Source: a virus
DNA: 64,000 nt
Strand: one strand, 5' to 3'
Virus record (IMG/VR): IMGVR_UViG_3300045988_104111
Span: 1 to 64,000 of that record
Each line of letters opens with the position of its first letter. Position 1 is the stretch's first letter. The notes beneath the pieces are model-generated. The model did no database searches. It was not told where the DNA came from and was given only the letters and a program-made list of their open reading frames with translations. The position numbers were made by a program, and so were the translations under genes. Shown here piece after piece: positions 17,539 to 26,939 of this stretch.

Positions 17539-20031
17539 TTACTCACATTTTGTCCAAGCGCAGTTGGGACACGAAACACAACCTCCAATATGCACTAGCG
17601 GTTCGCCGCATTCCGGGCATAACTGCTGTTGCATATTTACCTTGCTAATTGGTTCAACAGGGATTTTCTTAACCGGCTTTTCTTCATTGTCTTTACTATC
17701 ATCATCCAGTTCTGATTGCATCTCATTATACATATCTACAAGAGCATTACCAATAGCCATTGGACAACAAGAACCCTTGCTAGTATCGTGGTGGGTTGCC
17801 TTTCTAGTAGCATAAGACGGGCATACACCAGTTGAATCTAGTTGGTCTTTGATGGTCATAATATCTACACCAGCACGGCATAGTAGGCTGACCGTTCGGC
17901 TTAGACCAACCATGAAATTGGCGCAATTTCCTGTAATAAAAATTTTTCCGTTGCGACGTAGGATAAGTAAACCACTGGGTACAGTAAAACAATAAGATTT
18001 TCCATCTAGTGGTTTATAATCTTCAATAGTTGCCGTTGATAGACCATGTACGTTTTGAGTTGTCCAACGAACTCTGTAGCTATCATGTTCTGTTTTTGTT
18101 CCATTGTTTAGAGAAATTGTAGCTCTAAACCCAAGCCGTGTTAATGCAAATTGGATGAAATCAGCTTCTACTTTTTTTGATGTAAAATAAGAACCAAGAC
18201 GATTTCCTTCGCCAACAGAACCATCCCAATACACACATTCGTCTACAATACATTTCAATTGATCGTCATTGCAATCATACCATTTTGGTGTGAATTGTTT
18301 ATCTACAAACCATTGTTTGGCGCTTGGTGTAGGATGAATATAAAACACTGTATATTCGGTATTGTGAATGTTCTTTTCAGTCCATCCAATGTCACAATTA
18401 GTTAAAAGATGGCGAAGACGAATTTTTTTGCGTTCTTTCTTTACATCAACAACGATTTTATGCCCATCAAATGTACCATCTGCGTAAATTGCAACGAGCA
18501 ATCTAATTAAATTATTGTCAAGAGGAATGCCATTCGTGTTCATAGAAAATGTAGTTGGCACATGACGATTTCTAGAGCCGAGCAAGAAATCTTTTACAGT
18601 AATAATTTCAGTAGACAACTTACTTCTAATGCCAGACATATACTTAATATAATTTTTATATAAGTACATTCTATGATCTTCGGAAAGAACCATATCTAAA
18701 CCAGTTGTGTTATGAAAATGTTTCAAATTTTCAATATTGTCGTTTACGATGTATGAGATTGGATATGTTAAAGACGCTGTTCCATCTTCGTTGTACTGTA
18801 GCACTTGCTCATATTCATCCGCATTGTATTCACTAATCTTTTTCCATTCTACGCCATTGAAATATTCTGTGTCTTTATCTACACACCCGCCAGCTGAGCC
18901 TTTGTTGAAATATACCTCTTGTAGATTGCCGTCAATTGGGTCAAAGAACGCAAGAACATGAAGTGAACCGCATCCTGTCTGGATTTTGCGCTTCTTGCCA
19001 ATTAGGTCATTGCTTGGTTCGATAATTGAACCACGAGGGAGAGTGAGAGATGGGTGTTCAGGCTTAGATTCGTCATCTTTCTTATTTTCAGTAAGCAAAA
19101 TGCCCTGACGAATTGCATTTGGTCTGAAAATGGTACATCCCTTAATACCCTTCTTCCAGCATTGCATATAAATATCCTTGACTTCATCAAATGATGCTTC
19201 AGTAGGCACATTGATGGTCTTGCTAACGCTCATGTCAGTATATTTGCTAATAATAGCAAGCATAGCTACATGGTCATCAACAGACATATTAAGTGCAGTT
19301 GGGAAAATATCATGCTCGTCAAAATCAAGCTGCTTGCCCTCATCTTTTAGTTTATGATATAGATAATAAGCATAATCCATCATTTTGACGATTTTTACAT
19401 CCTTATCGTCTTGTCCACCAATTTTTACCTTGCGGTCATAGCTAAGAGAGAAAATTGGCTCGATACCACTTGAGCAGTTATTACCAAATACCATAGAGAT
19501 TGTGCCGCATGGTGCAACCGCCTGAATCTTAGCATTACGAATACCATATTCAGACATTGCGGCAATTACATCATGTTCTAGCACAGATTCGACATATGCG
19601 CCATCTACGTGCTTGTCTAACTCACATAGAGGGAAACACCCTTTTTCTTTAGCAAGCTGAACAGACGCATAATATTCCGCATTGGTAATCATTTTCATTA
19701 GAGATTCAATATAATCTCTTGCTTCTTGGCTATCATACTTCACACCAAGCATAGCGAGCATATCTGCTAAACCAGTGATACCGATACCAATGGTGCGCAT
19801 ACCCTTCTGATAATTTTCGTAAATCTTGTCAGGGAATTTATTTACATCAATAATATCATCAAGCATACGGACGGCAATGGAGATTGTATTTCTTAGAGCA
19901 TCGGTATCAAGATGCGCCTGCTTAGTAAATGGATTCTTTACAAAATTGTGTAGGAACAATGAGCCAAGATTACAAGCGCCGCCATATTGAGATGGATCTG
20001 TTGTATTGATTGTTCCTGCTAGATATTCTGC
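17539..20031 (-). CDS. nrdJ: class II (B12-dependent) ribonucleotide reductase, 3' exon (contains an intein)
   Basis: AEYLAG..CNLGS continues the NPC motif of exon 1. C-terminal CPECG...CVSCPNC zinc ribbon. The track start GTG 20034 has no SD. Confidence 0.85.
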   Translation of the reverse strand, partial: AEYLAGTINTTDPSQYGGACNLGSLFLHNFVKNPFTKQAHLDTDALRNTISIAVRMLDDIIDVNKFPDKIYENYQKGMRTIGIGITGLADMLAMLGVKYDSQEARDYIESLMKMITNAEYYASVQLAKEKGCFPLCELDKHVDGAYVESVLEHDVIAAMSEYGIRNAKIQAVAPCGTISMVFGNNCSSGIEPIFSLSYDRKVKIGGQDDKDVKIVKMMDYAYYLYHKLKDEGKQLDFDEHDIFPTALNMSVDDHVAMLAIISKYTDMSVSKTINVPTEASFDEVKDIYMQCWKKGIKGCTIFRPNAIRQGILLTENKKDDESKPEHPSLTLPRGSIIEPSNDLIGKKRKIQTGCGSLHVLAFFDPIDGNLQEVYFNKGSAGGCVDKDTEYFNGVEWKKISEYNADEYEQVLQYNEDGTASLTYPISYIVNDNIENLKHFHNTTGLDMVLSEDHRMYLYKNYIKYMSGIRSKLSTEIITVKDFLLGSRNRHVPTTFSMNTNGIPLDNNLIRLLVAIYADGTFDGHKIVVDVKKERKKIRLRHLLTNCDIGWTEKNIHNTEYTVFYIHPTPSAKQWFVDKQFTPKWYDCNDDQLKCIVDECVYWDGSVGEGNRLGSYFTSKKVEADFIQFALTRLGFRATISLNNGTKTEHDSYRVRWTTQNVHGLSTATIEDYKPLDGKSYCFTVPSGLLILRRNGKIFITGNCANFMVGLSRTVSLLCRAGVDIMTIKDQLDSTGVCPSYATRKATHHDTSKGSCCPMAIGNALVDMYNEMQSELDDDSKDNEEKPVKKIPVEPISKVNMQQQLCPECGEPLVHIGGCVSCPNCAWTKCE
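17926..18885 (-). mobile_element. intein (320 codons) with a LAGLIDADG-type endonuclease domain in nrdJ
   Basis: GG|CVDKDTEYF ... FITGN|CANF (Cys1, terminal Asn, +1 Cys). Internal LLVAIYADG and DFIQFALTRLGF blocks. Confidence 0.8.
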
Positions 20032-20933
20032 CACACATATTTAATGTGCTAGACTATATCTTATCCCTCATCTTTACATGTTAGGGCAATCGCACTGCGT
20101 AAATTTATTTGGAGTTGCCAGTTTTCATTACTCATCCATACAGGTTGATATTCGTAGCCGAGATATAGCTTATACATCATACTATCAACAATATATGGTT
20201 TAACCAAATTGATAAACGTTTCATAACTAGACTGCTGAATGCGCAAACGTCTGAATTTATCTCTTTTGATAATTGAACAATCCAAATTAAATTTGTCTTT
20301 GAGCATTTTGCTCATTGCTTCAACTGTTTTAAGAGAATATCTGTCTGTGCAAATATCAATGCGTCTTGATCTAATATTTCCTGTTGTTTTACCAACAAGA
20401 CAAACGTATCCATCACTCATATACCAGTTAGCAAGCCCATTTGGAGTTAGCCAACTTAATGCTTCTTTAGATGCTACTCTATGCTTGTAATCATCGTAAA
20501 AATGATGATATTTCTTAGCGAAGTACGGATGGGCTTTAATATATAATTCCCAATTATCTTTATAATTACATCCATTTGCCCATTTGCCTTGATGGAAATT
20601 TACAACAATATCAAAATTAGAACAAGATTCCAAATCAGATTTAATCTTATAGATAAAATCTTTGTTGATGCTGCTCATTCTTATAGCACGCTTAGTTACA
20701 CCATTATCAATTCTTGCATCCCCAAAAATAAGTCCTGTTAAATATCCTTTTAACTCTGAACTATTCATACAATTATAGCCTCCTATAATTTCGTATAATA
20801 TTAAATTTACATTAGTCGTTGAACCTTCCAACCTATTGTTGACTTGGCTGCTGATCGGCTTTCGCTTTCCAGCAATTCACGATTGATTATTTTCATTAGA
20901 TTTCTCTAAAGCCCTGCACTTTTATCTAGGCTT
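20032..20933 (-). mobile_element. group I intron (902 nt) splitting nrdJ at the NPC|AE active-site motif
   Basis: Exon end CCCUGU pairs with intron GCAGGG (20917-20912), giving U.G at the splice site. The intron ends in G before GCA. It carries a LAGLIDADG ORF. Confidence 0.7.
20061..20768 (-). CDS. intron-encoded double-motif LAGLIDADG homing endonuclease
   Basis: ATG at 20768 after TAGGAGG. Motifs LTGLIFGDARI and LANWYMSDGYV. Confidence 0.8.
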   Translation of the reverse strand: MNSSELKGYLTGLIFGDARIDNGVTKRAIRMSSINKDFIYKIKSDLESCSNFDIVVNFHQGKWANGCNYKDNWELYIKAHPYFAKKYHHFYDDYKHRVASKEALSWLTPNGLANWYMSDGYVCLVGKTTGNIRSRRIDICTDRYSLKTVEAMSKMLKDKFNLDCSIIKRDKFRRLRIQQSSYETFINLVKPYIVDSMMYKLYLGYEYQPVWMSNENWQLQINLRSAIALTCKDEG

Positions 20934-21755
20934 ACAGGGATTACTACAAACAATTCTTTCTACATACCATGCTGGATTGCGATTATTGGCATTATCCTCA
21001 TAGAATACGCCCGGTTCACCATTATCATATGCCATTTGCATGATTTCATTCCAAATATCACGAGCTGACACTAGCTGAGTAAATTTCTTATCCCACTTAG
21101 ATGACGGTAGCTTATTACCCTTCTCGTCATAGATGGGCCAATGCAACCGAATTTGACCATTAGAAATAACACTTCGCATAAAAGCATCATCTACAACAAC
21201 AGACAGATTGAAATGATTGAGGCGTCCTTCTGTAGCTGACTTGGCATGGATAAATTCAAGAATATCAGGATGATATACACTGAGCATACCCATGTTTGCG
21301 CCGCGCCGTGAGCCTTGCTGCACTGTAGCTGTCTGAGCATTGAATACATCCATGAAGCTAACCGGTCCAGATGCAATAGCGTCATTACGGGTTCTATATC
21401 CATTAGGAGCTAGATTGCTGAAAGCATATCCAATGCCGCCACCAGCTTTATGTGTCATAGCACCGAGTTTAACAGCATCAAAAATTTGCTCCATACTGTT
21501 ACCAACAATGGGCGCGACAAAGCAGTTATTGAGCGTTAACTTTTCGCCAATACCAGCGTTGCTCATGGTGCGTCCAGCTGGGAAGAAATAGCCCGATGCC
21601 ATAATATTGTAGAATTTATCTGCCCATGTGCTTGAATTATTATCTTCAGCCGTAGCAATAAAATCAGCTACACGCCATAGCTGGTCATCATATGACTCGC
21701 CGTTCTTTTGGTATCTATCTTTCCAAATAGATTTATATACCTCATTTACAAACAA
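20934..21755 (-). CDS. nrdJ: class II ribonucleotide reductase, 5' exon
   Basis: TTG start after AAAGGAGGA. Motifs FPAGRTMSNAG, NNCFV, KAGGGIGYAFS, SGPVSFM, RRGANMG, HPDILEFI, ending ...CSNPC. Confidence 0.85.
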
Positions 21756-21769
21756 TAAATCGTCCTCCT

Positions 21770-22144
21770 TTATTCAAAGTCATTCATATTAAAGCAATAT
21801 GCCGTATCATCAATTAGCATATCACAATAAATCTTGCGGCAATCCTTATATAGCTCAATTCGCGCCGGGTCATTTTCATTGAAATAATCCCAACGGATAT
21901 TATGCTTTTTCAACCATTTTTTAGCCAATCTAGCGGCATATCCTTCACGACAAGTAGTGATGATAATGACAATATCCATCTCTTGTACAGAGCGGATAAA
22001 TTCTGCAATCGGTGTTTCTAGTCCACACAGCGGATATGAACTATAGCATAGCGTATGGTCAAAATCCACTGCTAATACAAATTTAGTAGGCGGAGATTGT
22101 GCATAATAAGCGTTAATAATCTTCTTAAATTCGGTTCGATTCAT
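21770..22144 (-). CDS. HAD-like phosphatase / nucleotidase candidate
   Basis: 124 aa with a DFDHT (DxDxT) motif near the N-terminus. Confidence 0.45.
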   Translation of the reverse strand: MNRTEFKKIINAYYAQSPPTKFVLAVDFDHTLCYSSYPLCGLETPIAEFIRSVQEMDIVIIITTCREGYAARLAKKWLKKHNIRWDYFNENDPARIELYKDCRKIYCDMLIDDTAYCFNMNDFE

Positions 22145-22178
22145 TTTTAATCATATTACCTCCTTGTTATATATATTA

Positions 22179-25100
22179 TCACGATTCTGCTGATTTGTCA
22201 AGTAGCATTTCACATAATTCAGTATTTCTTTCCTTTTCCTCTTGTACTCTCAATCCCTCTTGAATAGCTACCTCATCTCCAATCAATATTAGCCGCTCTT
22301 GTGCGCGTGATACGGCTGTATAGCACAAATTACGACTTAGCATCCTTACATGGCTTCTATCAATTACCACAATTACGGCTTTAGCTTGACAACCCTGTGA
22401 TGAATGCGTAGAAATTGCATATGCTAATAGTGTATTCTTGATATGAGACTTATCAACTATACAATTACCGCAATCATATCGCACAATCATATATGGCTCT
22501 TTTTCATCTGGTACAATTTCCATTACTGTGCCAATATCGCCATTTGCTACAAAAGCCGTATCATCATCAGCAAGCGGCATAGCATATTCATTCTTTTTAT
22601 TGATGACCTTATCTCCCACTTTGAAATAGATAGGCACATTATTGACTGTATGCCCAACCGTGCTTAATTCATTTGGATTGAATTTGGATTGAATTGCCGC
22701 ATTGATAGCCAATGAGCCAACTTCACCCTTATTAAATGGAGATAGAATCAGCACATCATCCTTACTATATCCATCTGTCAATAGCCGCGCATATTCTTGT
22801 TCAATTTGATTGATTACTAATGTATCAGTTTCAATGAACTTATAATCTGTGAAAGTATCTGTCAGATGGTCATTTACTCCATTTCGTACATCAGTAGCTA
22901 TGGTAATAATGCCAGACGTGTTATATCTGAATACCTTAGTCAAGTTACATACAGGCATAATGTTGCTATCAAGCATATCTTCAACAATGTTGCCACAAGC
23001 GATAGATGCAAGCTGAGATGGGTCGGCTATGAAGATTATTTTGGTACGGTCTGTTACCTTATCAAATAGCATTGATAGCAAATGGACACTAATTTGACTG
23101 GATTCATCTATGATTAGATAGTCGCCTAAATTCTCACTCATTGTTAGGAACATATGGATAGTAGACGCTTCTTTTTGTGTTGCTTCTCGTAATTTTTTGC
23201 TAGATATTCCTGTCGGGGCAAGTAGAGTATATGTATATCCATTGTCATCTAGCATATTGACAAGTGCTTGCATACTTGTCGTTTTACCACAGTTGCCAGT
23301 AATGAAAATACAATCTTTTCGTCTTAGTACGAGCATATGCGATGGTACTGTAAAGCAATATTTATATCCATCCGTTGTTGGTACTTGAGTTATGGGCGTT
23401 TTAGTACATTTACTTCTATTATCTGAACACAATCCTACTTTTGTTCTGTTAGAAAAATTCACAACATATAAATTAGTTTTTCTGCTATATTCTTTATTAT
23501 TTACAATGTGAGTTTCACCAATTCGATTAGAAATGCTTATGGATGCTCTAATTCCTACAGATGCAGTAGCGTATTGAATAAAATCTGCATCAGATTTAAT
23601 AGCCGATGAATAAGATTGATATTTTGTATTATTTTTTGTATATCTTATACATCCATCCCAATAAACAACTTCATCTATGATTATCTTTAGTTGGTCATTA
23701 GAACACCCATACCAATACTCTGTAAATTGCTTTTCTCTCCTTGGCACATAAACGTAATAGTCAGTATATCCTTTTTCTGTACTCTCATGTGCTTTATATT
23801 CAAGTCCATTTTTATTGAAAAGATAAACTAATCTATCTTTCTTACGTTGCTTTTTTATATGAAAGGTACATCTCGTGCTATTTTTATTACCGGCGTTGAA
23901 ATGCCCATCTGCCAAAACCGCGCACATTAGACGAATTTGCCATTCATTTAAGTCTATACCAGAACCGCCAAAATTAAATGTTGTGAGAAACCTCCCTTGG
24001 AAATTCTTAGTTGACGGAAGGTGCATTTGTTTTAGTTGTTCAATATTACATTCTTTTAATACACCGTCTCTTGTTTCATATATAATTCTATGATCGTCAC
24101 AGACAGTTTGATTTAATCCTCGGAGCGTTTCAAAGTGCCACAGTGCATCACATGGCTTCTTGATATAAGCAATAGGACTTACAAGCTCTGCTGTTCCATC
24201 CTCGTTGTACTGAAGCACCATATCACCGTCTTGATAATCAGCAATTCGCTTCCAACCAGTGCCAGTAAAAAACTCAGTATCACAATCAACACAACCAGCC
24301 GAGCCGGTCAGCATCATCACATCCTGCTTACAAGCCATCTCAAGAATTTGCGCTTGTTCATTTGTTAGCTCTAAGCCGTCTACCCTTGTAAACTTCTGCC
24401 AATCCATAGGATAATAATGTGGATTGGTTATTTTTTTCTTGATAACATCAGCAATATGCTGTTCGGCGCTATATGTGGCTTGTAGGGCTGTATTCTGACT
24501 AGGCGGGTCATAGTGTACTTGCGCCGATTTCGTCACAACATCGAGGAGATGATGAACACATTGAGGCGTTTTCTTCTTGACCATATCAAATAGCTGTTTG
24601 GCTTGCATCTTTGTATTGCCGTCCAACTCATTATGCTTCAGAGCATAGATAGTAGCCGCCTCACATCGTTCATAGCTATCTAGCCATTTTGCCGTTTTCT
24701 TGGTTATTGCTCTATCAGCTCTATCAAACGACCATTCAAGCAAGTTAATCATAACAGCGTATGGATTGGCGTTTATATCCTTGCTAAATTCATATACATT
24801 CTTATATGTTGCGGCGATTTTGTTTATATCCTCATCATGCTCAATGCACCAAGAATATGTTTCGCCCATAAATTTAACACGCTTGTTGATCGTCTTGATT
24901 TTTGCAATATATCTTGGCAATAGCACCTTGCCTACGCCTTTAATTTTTTTGTAGTCCAGATTGTCGGCTTCGCCATTCAGTACCATACTGACAAAATGAG
25001 GATATACGGCATGACATGATTCAGCTTGCCCATTGGTCATTAAGCTGCGTAGCGTCTGTAATTCGGCTTTTTCTGTTAGATTGAATTTGCCATCTTTAGC

Positions 25101-25346
25101 TACAAATCCAGCAAAACCAATGAATTTATAGCTATATTTATATTTATCATCCTCACATGGCTCAATGATACAATCAATAGACTGCCCCATTTTCAAGTCG
25201 GCAATCCCAGTTCCTTTTAGGCTGATTGTGCCATATTGAGGATGACGTTCTATTGAGTCATCCTTAGTGCGACATGATATAATTGAGAAATTGGATTCAG
25301 GATTATTGAATATCATGCGCATTGGGATTATTTTTACTGTTTGCAT
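22179..25346 (-). CDS. RecD-like SF1 DNA helicase (contains an intein in Walker A)
   Basis: After intein removal Walker A reads GSAG-CGKTT. Also LIIDESSQ (Walker B) and AISTHSSQGCQA (motif VI-like). ATG 25346 follows AGGTG. Confidence 0.8.
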   Translation of the reverse strand: MQTVKIIPMRMIFNNPESNFSIISCRTKDDSIERHPQYGTISLKGTGIADLKMGQSIDCIIEPCEDDKYKYSYKFIGFAGFVAKDGKFNLTEKAELQTLRSLMTNGQAESCHAVYPHFVSMVLNGEADNLDYKKIKGVGKVLLPRYIAKIKTINKRVKFMGETYSWCIEHDEDINKIAATYKNVYEFSKDINANPYAVMINLLEWSFDRADRAITKKTAKWLDSYERCEAATIYALKHNELDGNTKMQAKQLFDMVKKKTPQCVHHLLDVVTKSAQVHYDPPSQNTALQATYSAEQHIADVIKKKITNPHYYPMDWQKFTRVDGLELTNEQAQILEMACKQDVMMLTGSAGCVDCDTEFFTGTGWKRIADYQDGDMVLQYNEDGTAELVSPIAYIKKPCDALWHFETLRGLNQTVCDDHRIIYETRDGVLKECNIEQLKQMHLPSTKNFQGRFLTTFNFGGSGIDLNEWQIRLMCAVLADGHFNAGNKNSTRCTFHIKKQRKKDRLVYLFNKNGLEYKAHESTEKGYTDYYVYVPRREKQFTEYWYGCSNDQLKIIIDEVVYWDGCIRYTKNNTKYQSYSSAIKSDADFIQYATASVGIRASISISNRIGETHIVNNKEYSRKTNLYVVNFSNRTKVGLCSDNRSKCTKTPITQVPTTDGYKYCFTVPSHMLVLRRKDCIFITGNCGKTTSMQALVNMLDDNGYTYTLLAPTGISSKKLREATQKEASTIHMFLTMSENLGDYLIIDESSQISVHLLSMLFDKVTDRTKIIFIADPSQLASIACGNIVEDMLDSNIMPVCNLTKVFRYNTSGIITIATDVRNGVNDHLTDTFTDYKFIETDTLVINQIEQEYARLLTDGYSKDDVLILSPFNKGEVGSLAINAAIQSKFNPNELSTVGHTVNNVPIYFKVGDKVINKKNEYAMPLADDDTAFVANGDIGTVMEIVPDEKEPYMIVRYDCGNCIVDKSHIKNTLLAYAISTHSSQGCQAKAVIVVIDRSHVRMLSRNLCYTAVSRAQERLILIGDEVAIQEGLRVQEEKERNTELCEMLLDKSAES
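23292..24293 (-). mobile_element. intein (334 codons) with a LAGLIDADG-type domain inside the helicase P-loop
   Basis: GSAG|CVDCDTEFF ... FITGN|CGKTT. LMCAVLADG and DFIQYATASVGI blocks. Clearly paralogous to the nrdJ intein. Confidence 0.8.
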
Positions 25347-26059
25347 GGAATACACCTATACAATTTTTCTGTTTTATCGGTACGACTTGATTTATCCAGT
25401 GTGCATTTCAACTTACCTTCCCAGATACATTCAAATCCATCGTCTGGCATCCAATATTCACTAATCAGAACAATATTGGTTTTAGCCATTTTTTTACACC
25501 AAGCATAGAATTTATCATAGTCAAAATCGCTTGTTGCATATTTTGTTGTATCGCGGTATGGAGGGTCACAATAAATGACCATATGATCCACATCCAATTT
25601 CCAGAAATCGCCACATACAAAAAATATTCCTTTTAACTTGGGGGCTTGTTTCTTGATATTTCTGATAGCCTCGTTAGTAATATCTCTTGGCGTTACGCCA
25701 TCTGCTTTGAAACCTCTCGGATAGCCACCAAACCATTTTGCGCCGAATGTACAGAATCCTACAAGTCCAACATACCAATTTGGATAATTGGATGGATTCG
25801 TTCTTACGGCATTATATTCTTCCTCTGTGATAGTATCGGGCAAACCATCTGTTGTCTCTGATACATGGTTTAGCAATGCAATCAGATATTTATGAACATC
25901 ATTGCCAATCTTACATGGGCATTTAATTTTATCAATCATATTAGCACCGCCAACAAACGGCTCTAAATAGCCACGACAATTAGGCATATTATCAATATAT
26001 GATTGGATAATAGGTGCAATTTGCTTACTCAAGCGGTTCTTGCTTCCAACATATTTCAT
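25334..26059 (-). CDS. Dam-like N6-adenine DNA methyltransferase (orphan)
   Basis: N-terminal KYVGSKNRL and the catalytic DPPY (YCDPPYRD). Confidence 0.8.
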   Translation of the reverse strand: MKYVGSKNRLSKQIAPIIQSYIDNMPNCRGYLEPFVGGANMIDKIKCPCKIGNDVHKYLIALLNHVSETTDGLPDTITEEEYNAVRTNPSNYPNWYVGLVGFCTFGAKWFGGYPRGFKADGVTPRDITNEAIRNIKKQAPKLKGIFFVCGDFWKLDVDHMVIYCDPPYRDTTKYATSDFDYDKFYAWCKKMAKTNIVLISEYWMPDDGFECIWEGKLKCTLDKSSRTDKTEKLYRCIPCKQ

Positions 26060-26279
26060 TTGTCATCCTCATCAATTCAGTTGCTCCAAACGCTGGCTCC
26101 CAGCCCTCATTGTACATTACTTCAAATCCGGTGCAATCAACAAATGTAAACCAACTATATTTTGTAGCTACCACCTTAAATTCATTATTACCTATTACGC
26201 TTACATTTGCTTTTAACAAGCTATTGCAGACATGGCATACGGAATTAAGCCATGCTTCATAGGTTAATGCGTCTTGCAT
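26025..26279 (-). CDS. hypothetical protein
   Basis: 84 aa with a strong AAGGAGG SD. Confidence 0.5.
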   Translation of the reverse strand: MQDALTYEAWLNSVCHVCNSLLKANVSVIGNNEFKVVATKYSWFTFVDCTGFEVMYNEGWEPAFGATELMRMTNEICWKQEPLE

Positions 26280-26293
26280 ATGATTATACCTCC

Positions 26294-26686
26294 TTAATAT
26301 CCATAATGAACCACAATCAATTTAGCTCTATCAGATCCCCATCGTGTCTTATCAAAGCTATCTAGTACAGCTTTCAACACAAACAACCGTCTATGATCCT
26401 CACCGTTCTCAATCTGATTATTGACCCACTCTTTTACAGTATCAATGTCAGCATACATCATTGGTTCATCATAGGCATCTAACAGCTCTGTGTTTTCCCA
26501 GTCTTGATTTCTAGGATTATCATGGTCAAATCCAAGGAAATCACCATCTAGCTTTTTGCTGAATAACTCTGCCCATCCAGAATCATAACCCATTTTGCAC
26601 ATATCTACTGCGGCAATTACCTCATTGTAGATGTAGGTATTATTGCTAATCCTACTGCAAATATATACCTTGCTTTCGTAACCCAT
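26294..26686 (-). CDS. hypothetical protein
   Basis: ATG 26686 after CAGGAGG. The track extension to 26728 runs through the promoter. Confidence 0.5.
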   Translation of the reverse strand: MGYESKVYICSRISNNTYIYNEVIAAVDMCKMGYDSGWAELFSKKLDGDFLGFDHDNPRNQDWENTELLDAYDEPMMYADIDTVKEWVNNQIENGEDHRRLFVLKAVLDSFDKTRWGSDRAKLIVVHYGY

Positions 26687-26718
26687 TATAAAACAACCTC
26701 CTGTTCTTTGATAAATCA

Positions 26719-26747
26719 AGTATATCATAGAATCAGGAGGTTGTCAA
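26719..26747 (-). promoter_or_regulatory. sigma-A type promoter
   Basis: Minus strand reads TTGACA-17-TATACT with TGa upstream of the -10. Confidence 0.6.
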
Positions 26748-26759
26748 GCATTATTTTAA

Positions 26760-26939
26760 TTATTTTTCAATCATTTTCTTTAATTCTGTAAATAGCTCCT
26801 TACCGCAAATAGGACAAGTAAAATTTATGTCAACTACGTATTTTTCATCTACCATTAAGCCGCAATTTTGGCATTTGATAGGTGCATATTTTAGGGGGCG
26901 CTCAGTACGTTTGCGACGATTTCTTTCTGCTCTGCTCAA
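26760..26939 (-). CDS. 59-aa zinc-ribbon protein
   Basis: TTG start overlaps the recJ-like TGA (TTGA). CQNCG...CPICG pairs. Confidence 0.45.
   Translation of the reverse strand: MSRAERNRRKRTERPLKYAPIKCQNCGLMVDEKYVVDINFTCPICGKELFTELKKMIEK

Noticed and set aside
20032-20034. GTG 20034 as an independent start, meaning the RNR would be made as two separate polypeptides split by a free-standing endonuclease.
   Set aside because: There is no SD upstream of the GTG. The insert shows a P1 helix with U.G at the 5' junction and a terminal G. Splicing restores the conserved NPC|AE motif exactly. Experimental confirmation is still needed.
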